Of a stretch of 64,000 bases of DNA, positions 44,359 through 55,800 are shown piece after piece. Positions within the stretch are counted from its first letter, which is position 1; each line of letters begins with the position of its first letter. The translations under genes and the position numbers were made by a program. The notes under the pieces were generated by a model. The model ran no database searches and was not told the DNA's origin. It was given only the letters and a program-made list of their open reading frames with translations. The stretch spans positions 310,001 to 374,000 of the forward strand of contig OZ025715.1 of the NCBI GenBank assembly GCA_964019335.1, read 5' to 3'. The DNA is from Diplonema japonicum (Eukaryota > Protista > Euglenozoa: Diplonemea).

Positions 44359-47300
44359 ATGGGATGTTGCTGCTCAGCAGGCGAGCAGAAGGACGAGCAA
44401 AAAAAAAAGGATGAGGCGATAAAGCAGCGGGAGGCAGCCGCGGCCGAGGAGGAAAAAAAACGAAAAGAAAGGGAAAAAGAAAAGGAAGAGGAAGAAAAAA
44501 AAAAAGAAGAAGAAAAAGACGAAGAAGAGAGACCCAACGACGAGAAGAAGGAAGAAGGGGAACCAACACCAAAACCAGACGACGATGACAGCAGCAGCAG
44601 CAGCAGCGAGGATGACAAACGAGACCCCCACTCTCCAGGCACCGAGACGGAAACAATGCCTGCAAGCGCCTTCGATGCTGCGTTATCCGGCAGGGCCTCG
44701 TCACCTGGGTACACATCACCCCTTGCAGCGGTGAATCCCTTAATCGAATCGCTGCAGCAGAAGAAACGTGGGGCGATTGTCAACAACGCCAACGTTCAGC
44801 AGGACGGAGGCCACAGTGGCATACGATTCTACACCGCTACGACCCTCTGCGGCGGGCAAGGCAAACGCACCTACTCCATCACCAACACAGAACTCCCCAC
44901 TAATGGTCCCTGTGCGGGTCTTCGTGTCACCGGGGCTTCCCCTTTCTGGCACGTCCCCATCAGCTTCTCTCCAGCGACCTCTTACAAGGTCATCAACGAC
45001 ATAGGGAACTCCGTCACGGAGCGCTACCACCCACACACCTCCGACTCCTTCATGATGATCATCAAGGGGAAGCACGTCACCGTGAAGCATGGCGACAAGA
45101 CAGGCGAGGTGCAGGTCTCACCGTGCCACGACCAGGCGGAGCTCATGGCAATCGTGTCGTCAACGCTGAACCTCCCACCCGACTACTGGGGGCTCCGCAA
45201 CGCTGCAAACGGTGAGCTCTTAGAAGCCCCAAAGTACAGCGATCTAACAAACGAAGGTGTCTACCATGCAGTAGGGCTTGAAAAGACAGTCGAGGTTCAT
45301 GGAGACAGGCGTGTCATCGATTGGCCACGAGCATGCCCATTAGCATGCAAGAAATTCGTGATAAGAGTCCCGTTCTCCGCGGAAGTGGAAGAGGTGATCA
45401 ATAAATCCGCAGACCTGCTTCTCCCAGATCCTTCTGAGTACGAGGGCAGACTGTATCTCACTGACAAGGACGGAAACGAGGTGACCTCCGTGACTGACGG
45501 GGTTGTGGTGGACCTTGCGCTACGCGCGAAGTCCATCGTGGTGGCGTACGACGGGAAGGAGCAAAAGATGAACATCTTTCCAGGGTGGACAAGCACTGAT
45601 GTGCTGACGCGGATAAAGCTTGTGATCGACACGAATATGACTGATGTGCACAACATCAAGCATACCTTTAAAGGGGTGACGCCAACATGGAAGGCGTTGA
45701 AACACAACGAACGTTACGAACTAGAGGAAGCAGATCTGATGCAGGTCTTCATGGACGACCGGGACAGAGGAGTCTCAGAGATGGTGCACAGGAACAACGC
45801 TCTAGCCGAGGCATGTAAAGCGTTCAACCAAACAGCGAAAAAATGCAAACTGTATGTCCGAAAGGAGAAGTGGAGCGTCGACGAGGCCGTCGAAGTTCTG
45901 TACGATGAAGGAGACGAGACGGACGGCTTCTACAAAGCACGGGTCATGTCCTTCCACGACTACGGTTACACGGTACGATTCGAGAACAAAGAAATGTGTC
46001 CTGGTGTTCAACAAGACTCGATATACAAGGCTTACGATGGAAGCGAGAAGGAAGGGAAAGTGATCGTCTTCGTGCCGGCAAAACCCGTCACAATCTCGTG
46101 CAGAGGCAAGGCGGACGCTGACATCGCCATCCCCCCCGGCATGAACAACACAGGCCTCATGGGCGAAATATGCAAAGTGTTCAGGTTGAAAAAAAGCTGC
46201 AAGCTCTCGGACGGAAGTCTTGGTGCGTACCTCCGCTGCAGGCGGACAGGGAGCGCCATTACATGCGCCACTTCGATGTGGATGGCAACAGTTCCGCGGG
46301 GCATCTACGATGTGGTCTTTAAACCTAAAAAGATACACGTGACCATCCACGCTGAGGTGGAACGTACCATAGAAATCACCATCAACAAGTTTGACACTCA
46401 GGCAGATGTCCTCCACACCATCAAGAAGAACGGAAATTGCGGGCTGAGCCCAGCATGGGTCACCTACCTTGAAGCAGACGCTGAGAAGAAACAGGTTAAA
46501 CTGCACTGGGACTCCCTCAAAGACGGCGGGAACTACGTTATGCGGGAGGCGAACAAGAATATCACCGTTGTGCTGGACCCGCGCATCACCCCGCGGGGCA
46601 GGGGCATCAAGCAGGAGATGATCGTTCCCCCTCACATCCGCGCCTTGGAGCTTTGGAAGGTCGTCACGGTGAACCCTTCCCTCGCCATCAGCGAGGCGTG
46701 GGTGCAGATGCAACTCCCGTCCCGATCGTGGGACACTCCGTCTCACAACCCTGTTGCGGTATGGCTTTTTCACACATTTTTCTGTTTTCCTAAATGAAAA
46801 TAAAAGGATGTGAACTACGGGGGTCTCGCGATCGTGTCAGGCCCTGACATCGAAGGCCCATGCCTGGACTTGCAAGCGTTGTCATTCACCGCAGTATGGA
46901 ACAATAAACGGAACGAAAAACTTTAAAATAAAAATTAAAAAAAAAAAGGTTCGAAACCTCGGGTATTATTGTATAAAGTTCCCCGACAAACTGGTAAAGG
47001 TCATCGACGGAGACAGAGAGATGGACATATATGTGGCGCCTGGTGAAGGGCACCGTGTTGTGTGCGATAGAGTTAAGCGAGCAGTCGGTTGCTCAGAAGG
47101 CTGGGTGCTGATGGGGCCTGATGGAAGTACAGTGGTGGCATGTGATGGGGCTGGGGAGAAGGTGAAGCATGCTTGGATGGAATATGCTGCTGTGGAGGCC
47201 GGCGGTTCGTACGAGCTCTTCAGAGAGATTACCATCACGGTGACAGGGAGGACTGGTATGGAACCCATAGACATTGTGGTCCCCCCAGCACGGTCCTTCG

Positions 47301-47464
47301 ATTTGTTCTCTGCTATCCGCTCAAATTGGTCTGTTCCTCCTACCACTTCCCTTTCTTTGCGCAATGCTGTCACTACTATACCTGTGCACCGTCCTATCTA
47401 TACATTCCTGACTGATGGTGTGACCTATCATTGTACTTTAACCGGAGACGAAACGAAAGAGTAA
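44359..47464 (+). CDS. Putative N-acylated (MGCCCS) multi-module protein with a Tudor/Agenet-like domain; introns at 46759-46806 and 46894-46948
   Basis: Two introns join ORF 44359 to ORF 47021 in frame. Confidence 0.8.
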
Positions 47465-48344
47465 AGGGGGGAAGAAGAAGAGAAAAAAAAAAGGGAGATT
47501 TGTTTTTAATTGTCTAGATTTTCTCCCTAGTACTTGTATCTCCCCCCCTCCCCCCCCCCCCCCCCCTTTCTACCCCTTTTTTGTCATCACTGTTTTTGAA
47601 GTGTTCCTCCCCCCCCTTTACCCCATCCCAGGGCAATGTCCAACAAAATAAAAAAGAAAAGGGTCTCCTTCGGCTTTCCTCTTTGTATCTTTTTTTCCCC
47701 CCCGTCTTTTTCTTTTAAGGAAAGGGAAAACCTACGTTTAAAAAAAAGGAGGGGGGGGGGGGGGGGGATGGATTAATAGAAAAGAGGGGGAAAGTTGAAG
47801 GAAAACCAAGGCGGTGTTGTGCTGGGATATTGGGGGGGTGACCCTCGATCTTCTGAAAGGTCTTTTTATAAAAGGTTTAAAGAAATTATTTTCACTCTCT
47901 AAGCACTTTTTTTTTTTCCCTCCTTTCCCTCCTCCCCGCTCGCCTCTTTCTTTCAGAATTTCTTTTTTTTTTTTTTTCACCTTCTGGGGAAGGCGTCAAA
48001 AATCTTTTCAATCAGGGATTTTTTTTTCCCGCGTATTTTTGCCTCAGGCGCCTAAGATGCGAGGCGAATAGTTCAGCACTTTTTTTTTCTCCCCATCTCA
48101 AAGGCGTAACTACATTGTTCCCGAGAATTCAATTCTTCCTTAAGGAGCCTTTGCCTGCTTTTTTTTTTTAGCGAGGTCCGTGCACGCCAGGAAGTTCTTT
48201 AGATGGAATGACTTTTTGACGCCATTCCCCTCTGTTATGTATTCCTTTGCTGTTTTTTTTTCCTTCTTTTTTTTCCTGAAGTGCGGGCAACAACAACAAA
48301 AAAAAAAAAAAAAAAAAAAAAACAGGCATACAAATAAAAATAAT

Positions 48345-51300
48345 ATGCTGCCTCGACTTTGTTGCGTTGCAGCAAGAAGGGGCGCAAAACGAAGTGGGGT
48401 GACGGTGAGGCGATGGTTCTCTGATATTTCTGTTGAGCAAAAGTACAGAACTGTGACACCGCAGGAGCATGTCCTCTTGCGGCCGGACATGTACATCGGG
48501 AGCTCAAGGAAGGAAGTCGTGATCGCATGGGTGGCGGACAAGTCAGGGATGGAACAGCAGTCAAGAGAAATCGAGATCATCCCCGGTTTTGCAAAAATCT
48601 TTGACGAAATGCTTGTGAACGTAGCCGACAACTACCACCGGACTGTAGGCAAGGAGTGGGCCACCACCGTCATGAAGGTGACCATCGACTGCAAGACAAA
48701 CACGATCACGATCTACAACAACGGGCGGTGCGTCGACGTTGAATGGCACAAGGACTGCGAGGCATATTGCCCGGAGCTCGTCTTCGGACGGTTCCAAGCC
48801 GGCTCGAACTTCGACGACAGCGAGGTTCGGATCACAGGCGGGCGGAACGGGATCGGGGCCAAGGCGACGAACGCCCTCAGCGAGGAGTTCACAGTCGAAA
48901 TCGGCGACGCGAGACGGCGCAAGCTCTACCGGCAAACTTGGCGGAATTCCATGAAGGAATGTTCCGAACCCGAGATCACCGACTACCCCAAAGGAGAAGA
49001 GTACACCAAGATAAGCTTCTCACCGCTGCTCGACTACTTCGGGCTCGACTCCCTCGACGAGGACCACGTCGCCCTCTTCTCCAGACGTGTCGCTGACATC
49101 TCCGCTTGCTGCTCGGGCCTCGAGGTCTACCTCAACGACAGGCTTATCCCTGTCGGCAGCTTCGAGGAATACGTGCAGTTGAAATACGACTCCATTGTAA
49201 TGCCGCACTTCGACCTTGAGGAGGAGGACAGGTTGTCGAACGAGTTTTTTTTTATGACGACATGCGACAAGCAAAACAACCTGCTTTGGGAGATCGCTGT
49301 TGGGACGCGTGTGTGCAACCACCTCAGCTTCGTGAACTCCATCGACACCTGCAACGGTGGCACCCACGTGGATGCCATCATGCACATAGTGGTGAATGCC
49401 CTCGACAAACACATTATAGAGAACTACAACTACTACATTACAAAATCCATTCTAAAGGAGAACATCAGCATTTTTGTGAATTGTCTAGTAGGGAATCCTG
49501 AGTTCGATGGACAGACAAAGGAGCGTCTCACCTTCCCCTTCACGAAGTGGATCCTCAACAACATAATTCTTGACGATGAGTTCCTCGACAAAATCTGTCA
49601 GAGCGAAAGCATCGTGCAGCCCATCATCGAGATATGGGAGGCCAGGCTCTCACTGAAGAATGCGACCGCAGCGAAAAAAAGGGCGAAGAAGATCAGCATT
49701 CCTAAGCTGGAGGATGCGAATATGGCAGGGACTGCGCAGAGTGGGGAGTGCACATTGATGCTTACAGAAGGTGACTCGGCGAAATCTCTAGCCATGGCAG
49801 GCATCAGTGTTGTGGGCCGTGACCACTGGGGTGTCTTCCCCCTCCGTGGCAAGATTATGAATGTCAGCAAGGCTAACATAAGGAGAACAGAAACAAACAA
49901 GCTGCTTGCACAGGTGCAGACTGTCCTTGGTCTCAACAAGGAATACACATACGAGAGCTCAGAGGAGCTCTCCACACTGCGCTACGGGTCTGTGTGCCTC
50001 ATGTGCGACCAGGACGCCGACGGCTCACACATCAAGGGGCTCCTCGTCAACTGGCTTCACACCTACTGGCCAATCTTATTGGAAAAGGGCTTCATGGGCC
50101 CTGACTCTGGCACCTCATCCACTTACCTAAAGCAGATCGTGACACCCCTCGTGAAGGTCTTCAAGAAGGACCAAGAGCATTGGTTCTTCAGCTTGCAGGA
50201 CTATGAGAAATGGGAAGAGGAGACAGAAGACTCAGAAGCATGGCGGGTGAAGTACTACAAGGGTCTGGGGACGAGCACGAGCAAGGAAGGGAAGGAGTAC
50301 TTCTCAGAGCTGTTCAGCACATCACGTCCACTTCTGGTGAATTTCAAAGAGTTCGATGAAAAGGACACAAAAATGTTGAAACTGGCCTTCGACGACGACC
50401 GTGTGCAGGACAGGCGGAGGTGGCTTGAAAAGTACGAAGGCCGATCCCTCGACACGTCCGAGGGGGAGGTCGCAGTGGCGGACTTTGTGGAGACGGACCT
50501 GGCAAGCTACTTCCGCCACAGCAACGAACGAGCGATTCCATCATGCATCGACGGGCTCAAACCGAGCCACAGGAAGGTATTGCACACATGTTTCAAGCGG
50601 AAGTTAATCGGGCAGAAGGAGATGAAAGTGGCACAGCTGGGAGGCGCTGTAGCAGAGATGACGGCCTACCACCACGGGGAAGCGTCGCTTCACGACTGCA
50701 TCATCAAACTATCGCAAGACTACGTGGGGAGCGGGAACAACACACCACTGCTGGAAGGGGTGGGGCAGTTCGGGACGCGTCTCGGCGGCGGGGCGGACCA
50801 TGCCAGCGCGAGGTACATCTCGACAAGGCTCAGCCCTCTTGCAAGGAAGCTCTTCCGCGAGGAGGACGAACTCCTCTTGGACATGAAAGTCGACGAAGGA
50901 AAGGAGCTCGAGCCTGTATTCTTCATCCCCATCCTACCTGTCGTTCTCCTTAACGGGGCACTTGGCATCGGGACAGGACACGCCACTAACATACCCTCCC
51001 ACGACCCGTTGGCCATCGCTTGCTTCGTGTGGAAGCATATCGAGTTCAGTTGCGAAAGCGCGACACTGTTGATGAAACAGGCGGACTTGGACAACGCGAG
51101 AGCTGCTTTGAAGAAGGCAGAGGAAGCATACGAAGAAAAGCTGATTGAGAAGATCCGAATCCTCGCAGCGGAGAACGACACGCAGGACGAGATATCGATG
51201 AAACAGATACACCAGATGGCACGGAGAGAGATAATCGACAGCAACGAGAGCAACGCGAAGAGGGCGGCGGAAATAAACGCAACAGCGCTAAAAAAAGACG

Positions 51301-52109
51301 AGATGCTACCATGGTACCAAGGGCATAAATACCCGCTGTGCACAGGAAACATTTCGATGGGAGCACACATGGACAACAACGATGGGAGCATCGAGGTGAT
51401 CGAGCTTCCCATCGGAGAGTGGACCGACAACTTCAAAAAATTCCTGGACAAAATGACAGACGAGAGCCTGCTACATGGCTACGAATCACGTTGCACCGAT
51501 GTTGACGTGTCCTTCGTTCTCAAGGTGAACGCGAAGTACCGGCACCACGTCGATGCAGTTCTGGAAAAAAGACTGCGGAAGAAAATCGGCAGCAACATGA
51601 CAGCCTTCACAGCCGACGGTGATATAAAATGCTTCTTCAACGCAACAGAAATAATATTCGCAGAGTTCATGCCTATTAGACGCGAAGCGTACAATCAGCG
51701 AAAGAGACTTATGCTGGAAGAGCTCAACCTTGCGAAGGACAAACTAGAGACTTCTATAAACTTTGCCGAAGCATTTGTGAATAAAGAAGTTAGCATCTCT
51801 GATGATGCGGATTACATTGTGGAGTATCTGATTCAGAAAGGTGTCGCAGATGCTGAAAGCAGGCTCAAAAGAACCTCCATTATGAATGTGTCCGTGAAAA
51901 AATTACAGGAGTTCTACACGAGTTTCCGGAAGATCAGCAACCAGATTACCGAGGTTGAGGAGACCTCATCGGGGCAGTTTTGGAGGGAAGACATTCTCGA
52001 TTTCATTTCCACCTACGTCTGCGTAACTGAACCAGACGATCTCGAGGAACGCCTAAACCACTGCAACGCCCCTCCTGAGATTAGGAGGGCTGCTGGTTTT
52101 GATGTGTAG
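48345..52109 (+). CDS. TOP2: Type IIA DNA topoisomerase, probably mitochondrial (paralogue 1)
   Basis: EHVLLRPDMYIGS, GGRNGIGAK, TEGDSA, PLRGK, DQDADGSHIKG, KYYKGLG and catalytic ASARYI; Arg-rich presequence MLPRLCC...RRWFS. Confidence 0.95.
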   Translation: MLPRLCCVAARRGAKRSGVTVRRWFSDISVEQKYRTVTPQEHVLLRPDMYIGSSRKEVVIAWVADKSGMEQQSREIEIIPGFAKIFDEMLVNVADNYHRTVGKEWATTVMKVTIDCKTNTITIYNNGRCVDVEWHKDCEAYCPELVFGRFQAGSNFDDSEVRITGGRNGIGAKATNALSEEFTVEIGDARRRKLYRQTWRNSMKECSEPEITDYPKGEEYTKISFSPLLDYFGLDSLDEDHVALFSRRVADISACCSGLEVYLNDRLIPVGSFEEYVQLKYDSIVMPHFDLEEEDRLSNEFFFMTTCDKQNNLLWEIAVGTRVCNHLSFVNSIDTCNGGTHVDAIMHIVVNALDKHIIENYNYYITKSILKENISIFVNCLVGNPEFDGQTKERLTFPFTKWILNNIILDDEFLDKICQSESIVQPIIEIWEARLSLKNATAAKKRAKKISIPKLEDANMAGTAQSGECTLMLTEGDSAKSLAMAGISVVGRDHWGVFPLRGKIMNVSKANIRRTETNKLLAQVQTVLGLNKEYTYESSEELSTLRYGSVCLMCDQDADGSHIKGLLVNWLHTYWPILLEKGFMGPDSGTSSTYLKQIVTPLVKVFKKDQEHWFFSLQDYEKWEEETEDSEAWRVKYYKGLGTSTSKEGKEYFSELFSTSRPLLVNFKEFDEKDTKMLKLAFDDDRVQDRRRWLEKYEGRSLDTSEGEVAVADFVETDLASYFRHSNERAIPSCIDGLKPSHRKVLHTCFKRKLIGQKEMKVAQLGGAVAEMTAYHHGEASLHDCIIKLSQDYVGSGNNTPLLEGVGQFGTRLGGGADHASARYISTRLSPLARKLFREEDELLLDMKVDEGKELEPVFFIPILPVVLLNGALGIGTGHATNIPSHDPLAIACFVWKHIEFSCESATLLMKQADLDNARAALKKAEEAYEEKLIEKIRILAAENDTQDEISMKQIHQMARREIIDSNESNAKRAAEINATALKKDEMLPWYQGHKYPLCTGNISMGAHMDNNDGSIEVIELPIGEWTDNFKKFLDKMTDESLLHGYESRCTDVDVSFVLKVNAKYRHHVDAVLEKRLRKKIGSNMTAFTADGDIKCFFNATEIIFAEFMPIRREAYNQRKRLMLEELNLAKDKLETSINFAEAFVNKEVSISDDADYIVEYLIQKGVADAESRLKRTSIMNVSVKKLQEFYTSFRKISNQITEVEETSSGQFWREDILDFISTYVCVTEPDDLEERLNHCNAPPEIRRAAGFDV

Positions 52110-52371
52110 AAAATCTGAATTTTTTTTTTTTTAGTTCAGTGTGCAAAAAAAAAAGGGGGGGAAAGATTATATCTTGTTTTCCCCCCGACTATAGGTATTT
52201 CGTGGTAAAAGAAGTTTTTTTTTTTCTTTTAGACACCCCTTTTTTTTTTCTTTTTTTTTTCCTTCGATTGTTGATATTTTTTTTTTCTTCTTCTCACACA
52301 AGAAATTTTGCAACCTCCTCCTCCCCGTTTTTCGTTTTTTTTTTTTTTTTGTTTGAAAGAACAACTGCTTG

Positions 52372-52410
<39 letters not shown>

Positions 52411-52471
52411 TCGTAATAGCTAGAATCACCGCACGCCTGTCAGCTTTCATCAATCCAGACAGCACGATATT

Positions 52472-52504
<33 letters not shown>

Positions 52505-52817
52505 TTCGTCAAATCACAGAATGTATGTAAGCCCCCCCCTCCCCCTTTCGAGAAAGAATGGGTGAAAGTTATTTATCCTGTAGGAGGAACTTCATGAATT
52601 TTATCCGACAGAACCGACAGACTCTTCTTCCCTCCCCGGTCCGCAGGGCTGTAAAATTATTGTGTGCACAACAGTATGCGGCCGTTGATTTTTCCTCCCA
52701 CTCCCCCCCTTTTTTTTAGATTCCCTCTCCCATCCCCCCTTTCGCACCACGTTTCTTCTTTTAAGTTTTCTTCTCGTTTTTTCCACCTCCTCATTCAATT
52801 AAGGAAAGCACGAAGGC

Positions 52818-55800
52818 ATGTTTCGAAGATGTGCGGTGCTACTCCACAAGCAGCCCAAGAAGGTGATAAAGCCAACGCTTGCTATTGTTGAGAAACCTGT
52901 CGAAGAGATTTACAAGGAGTTAACACCGCAGGAGCATGTCCTCTTGCGGCCGGACATGTACATCGGGAGCACTAGGAAGGAGACGCTCTCAACGTGGACG
53001 GCTGTTGGTGTGCGTAAGAAGCAGGAGTACCGCGAGGTGACCATCGTCCCTGGGATCGCGAAGATCTTTGACGAACTCCTTGTGAACGTAGCCGACAACT
53101 ACCACCGAACACGGGGGAGGAACCGCACCACCGTCATGAAGGTGACCATCGACAGCAAGACAAACACGATCACGATCTACAACAACGGGCGGTGCGTCGA
53201 CGTTGAATGGCACAAGGACTGCGAGGCATATTGCCCGGAGCTCGTCTTCGGACGGTTCCAAGCCGGCTCGAACTTCGACGACAGCGAGGTTCGGATCACA
53301 GGCGGGCGGAACGGGATCGGGGCCAAGGCGACGAACGCCCTCAGCGAGGAGTTCACAGTCGAAATCGGCGACGCGAGACGGCGCAAGCTCTACCGGCAAA
53401 CTTGGCGGAATTCCATGAAGGAATGTTCCGAACCCGAGATCACCGACTACCCCAAAGGAGAAGAGTACACCAAGATAAGCTTCTCACCGCTGCTCGACTA
53501 CTTCGGGCTCGACTCCCTCGACGAGGACCACGTCGCCCTCTTCTCCAGACGTGTCGCTGACATCTCCGCTTGCTGCTCGGGCCTCGAGGTCTACCTCAAC
53601 GACAGGCTTATCCCTGTCGGCAGCTTCGAGGAATACGTGTTAAGGAAGTACAGAGACTCCGATATGTTTTCTTCAAGGTTTCACTACAAGGTCATCAAAG
53701 ACAAGGTCAACAGCCTCCCATGGGAGATCGCTGTCGGTGCGCGTATTGGCAACCACCTCAGCTTCGTGAACTCCATCGACACCTTCACAGGCACGCACAT
53801 TGCTGCAGTGACTGGGATCCTCACGACGGGGATACAAAAGATGCTCAAGTCGATGGACAAGGTGGACATCCCAGTGTCCTTCATAAAGGACAACATCAGT
53901 ATATTTGTGAACTGTCAGGTGGGGAACCCTGAGTTCGATGGGCAGACCAAAGGCCGGCTGGTTCATCCCTCAACTGCGGTGCTGACCGACTCGCTGTCGG
54001 TGCCGAAAAGCTTCATCGAAGAGATAGTGACAAACAAGCATTTGAAGAACGCGATCATCACGGAGTGGGAGAAGAAGAACCAGCGGCGGAGTAAAATAGA
54101 GAAAAACCAAAAGAAAAAGCGGTTTGTGCTGCCCAAGCTCGAAGACGCGTACAGCGCAGGCACGAGGCACAGCAGAGACTGCACCCTCATTCTCACGGAG
54201 GGAGATTCGGCAAAGTCGCTGGCCATGGCAGGGGTCAACATCGTAGGCCGCGATCGCTGGGGCGTCTTCCCCCTCCGTGGAAAGATCATGAACGTAGCAA
54301 AGTCAAAAAAGGCAAACCAGCTCCTGAGCGATGTCGCAAAGATCCTTGGTCTGGACAGGTCGCGGAAATACACCACCCTCGAAGAGGCCAAAACCCTCAG
54401 GTACGGCTCCGTTACTCTCATGTGCGACCAGGACGCCGACGGTTCACACATCAAGGGGCTCCTCGTCAGCTGGCTTCACACCTACTGGAGCAGCCTCCTC
54501 TCTAAAGGTGTCCCACAAGAAAACGGCACAATGCTTCCCTTTATCCGGCAGATCGTGACGCCCCTCGTGAAGACATTTAAGGATGGCAAGGAGAAGTGGT
54601 TCTTCAGCTTGCAGGACTATGAGAAATGGGAGGCAGAGGCACCCGACTCGGCAACATGGCGGGTGAAGTACTACAAGGGTCTGGGGACGAGCACGAGCAA
54701 GGAAGGGAAGGAGTACTTCTCAGAGCTGTTCAGCACATCACGTCCACTTCTGGTGAATTTCAAAGAGTTCGATGAAAAGGACACAAAAATGTTGAAACTG
54801 GCCTTCGACGACGACCGTGTGCAGGACAGGCGGAGGTGGCTTGAAAAGTACGAAGGCCGATCCCTCGACACGTCCGAGGGGGAGGTCGCAGTGGCGGACT
54901 TTGTGGAGACGGACCTGGCAAGCTACTTCCGCCACAGCAACGAACGAGCGGTTCCATCATGCATCGACGGGCTCAAACCGAGCCACAGGAAGGTATTGCA
55001 CACATGTTTCGGGCGGAAACTGAGCGGGCAGAAGGAGATGAAAGTGGCACAGCTGGGAGGCGCTGTAGCAGAGATGACGGCCTACCACCACGGGGAAGCG
55101 TCGCTTCACGACTGCATCATCAAACTATCGCAAGACTACGTGGGGAGCGGGAACAACACACCACTGCTGGAAGGGGTGGGGCAGTTCGGGACGCGTCTCG
55201 GCGGCGGGGCGGACCATGCCAGCGCGAGGTACATCTCGACAAGGCTCAGCCCTCTTGCAAGGAAGCTCTTCCGCGAGGAGGACGAACCCATCTTGGAAAT
55301 GAAAGTCGACGAAGGAAAGGAGCTCGAGCCTGTATTCTTCATCCCCATCCTACCTGTCGTTCTCCTTAACGGGGCACTTGGCATCGGGACAGGACACGCA
55401 ACATATGTCCCGTCATACGATCCACTCGCTGTGGCCAGTCACGTGTTGGATCTGATCAACCCACCAAAAGAAACAGAAGCTGCGTCGGAGCTACAGAACT
55501 TAGTACCATGGTATCACAACCACAGGACGGGATATTGCTATGGCGGGTACTCGAAGGGGGAGTACAAGATGAACCAGAATGATGTGACGATCACAGAACT
55601 GCCCGTCGGGCGGTGGACCGAGAAGTTCAAAGACGATTTGGACGAGCTGCAGAGGAATAAACAAATTATGGATTACATCAACGACAGTACCGACTGCGAG
55701 GTGAAGTTCACGGTGACAATGCCGAAGAAGAAGGTGGTGAAGGCAACAGGGGACGAGGCGGAAGGCGAGCACGAAAAAGCACAGCTGGCAGAAGAGGCAA

